A DNA stretch of 64,000 bases. Origin: Phoronis australis. Taxonomy: Eukaryota > Animalia > Phoronida. This document shows, in pieces, positions 63,530 through 64,000 of this stretch (position 1 is its first letter; every line of letters begins with the position of its first letter). The translations under genes were made by a program, and so were the position numbers. The notes under the pieces were generated by a model that saw nothing but the letters and a program-made list of their open reading frames with translations, had not been told where the DNA came from and searched no databases. Where the stretch lies: positions 62,001 through 126,000 of the forward strand of contig NMRA01000061.1 in NCBI GenBank assembly GCA_002633005.1, written 5' to 3'.

Positions 63530-64000
63530 GTAAGCTGGAATTAAAGGGGCACTCAACTCACTTTTGTGTGCCAAAAAGTTTTGAGTACAACCACTAGCTA
63601 GATCTTTCAAGGTCATATTGCATGCACACCCTGGTCGGACAAGCAATATCACTATTTCGGTGGGACATGTATGTGTTTTAATTGACCTCATTATGGATAG
63701 ACGAATACATCACATTACAATAGATTGTGGGTTGCTGGTCATACAGTGCAGAGTGAAACCAACCAATGAAAACCGAGAGCATACACCTTTGTTTCCAGTC
63801 AACTGGTGGCCTAGATGATGGATATTACACAAATCGCAAACCGTAAAATGGTCCTTGACAAGTGTTGCCCTGTTTTAGTTTGATGTTTATCAGGGGAGAC
63901 AATCCAAGTTCTAATAGTGAGTCACCTACTCTAGTTTCCTTAACTGAGTATGTCTGGGAGTGGAGCTTATGGATAGTTTTGTCAAACCGACAAGCTTAGT

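Overview
AT-rich, intron-rich animal DNA, probably a bilaterian invertebrate (taxon inferred only). There is one 18-N gap at 20198-20215. Five spliced protein-coding genes can be reconstructed by hand with consistent splice phases. (1) A C1orf198/DUF4706 homolog on the - strand, running off the left end. (2) PUS10 on the + strand, head-to-head with (1), containing a U12-type intron; its last exon was not found. (3) A compact 4-exon gene on the + strand (22345-26480, 275 aa) encoding a signal-peptide-bearing violaxanthin de-epoxidase-like (VDE/VDL) lipocalin. This family is known from plants and algae, and it is the most surprising element in the window. (4) A 219-aa two-TM protein with two PPxY motifs on the - strand. 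(5) NPHP1/nephrocystin-1 on the + strand, running off the right end, whose acidic linker is interrupted by six in-frame phase-1 exons (~718 aa); these may be a cassette block or a nested membrane-anchored transcript. Introns and spacers hold tRNA-derived SINEs, several TIR elements/MITEs, a LINE 3' remnant, minisatellites and hairpins. Family assignments come from recalled reference sequences, not from database searches.
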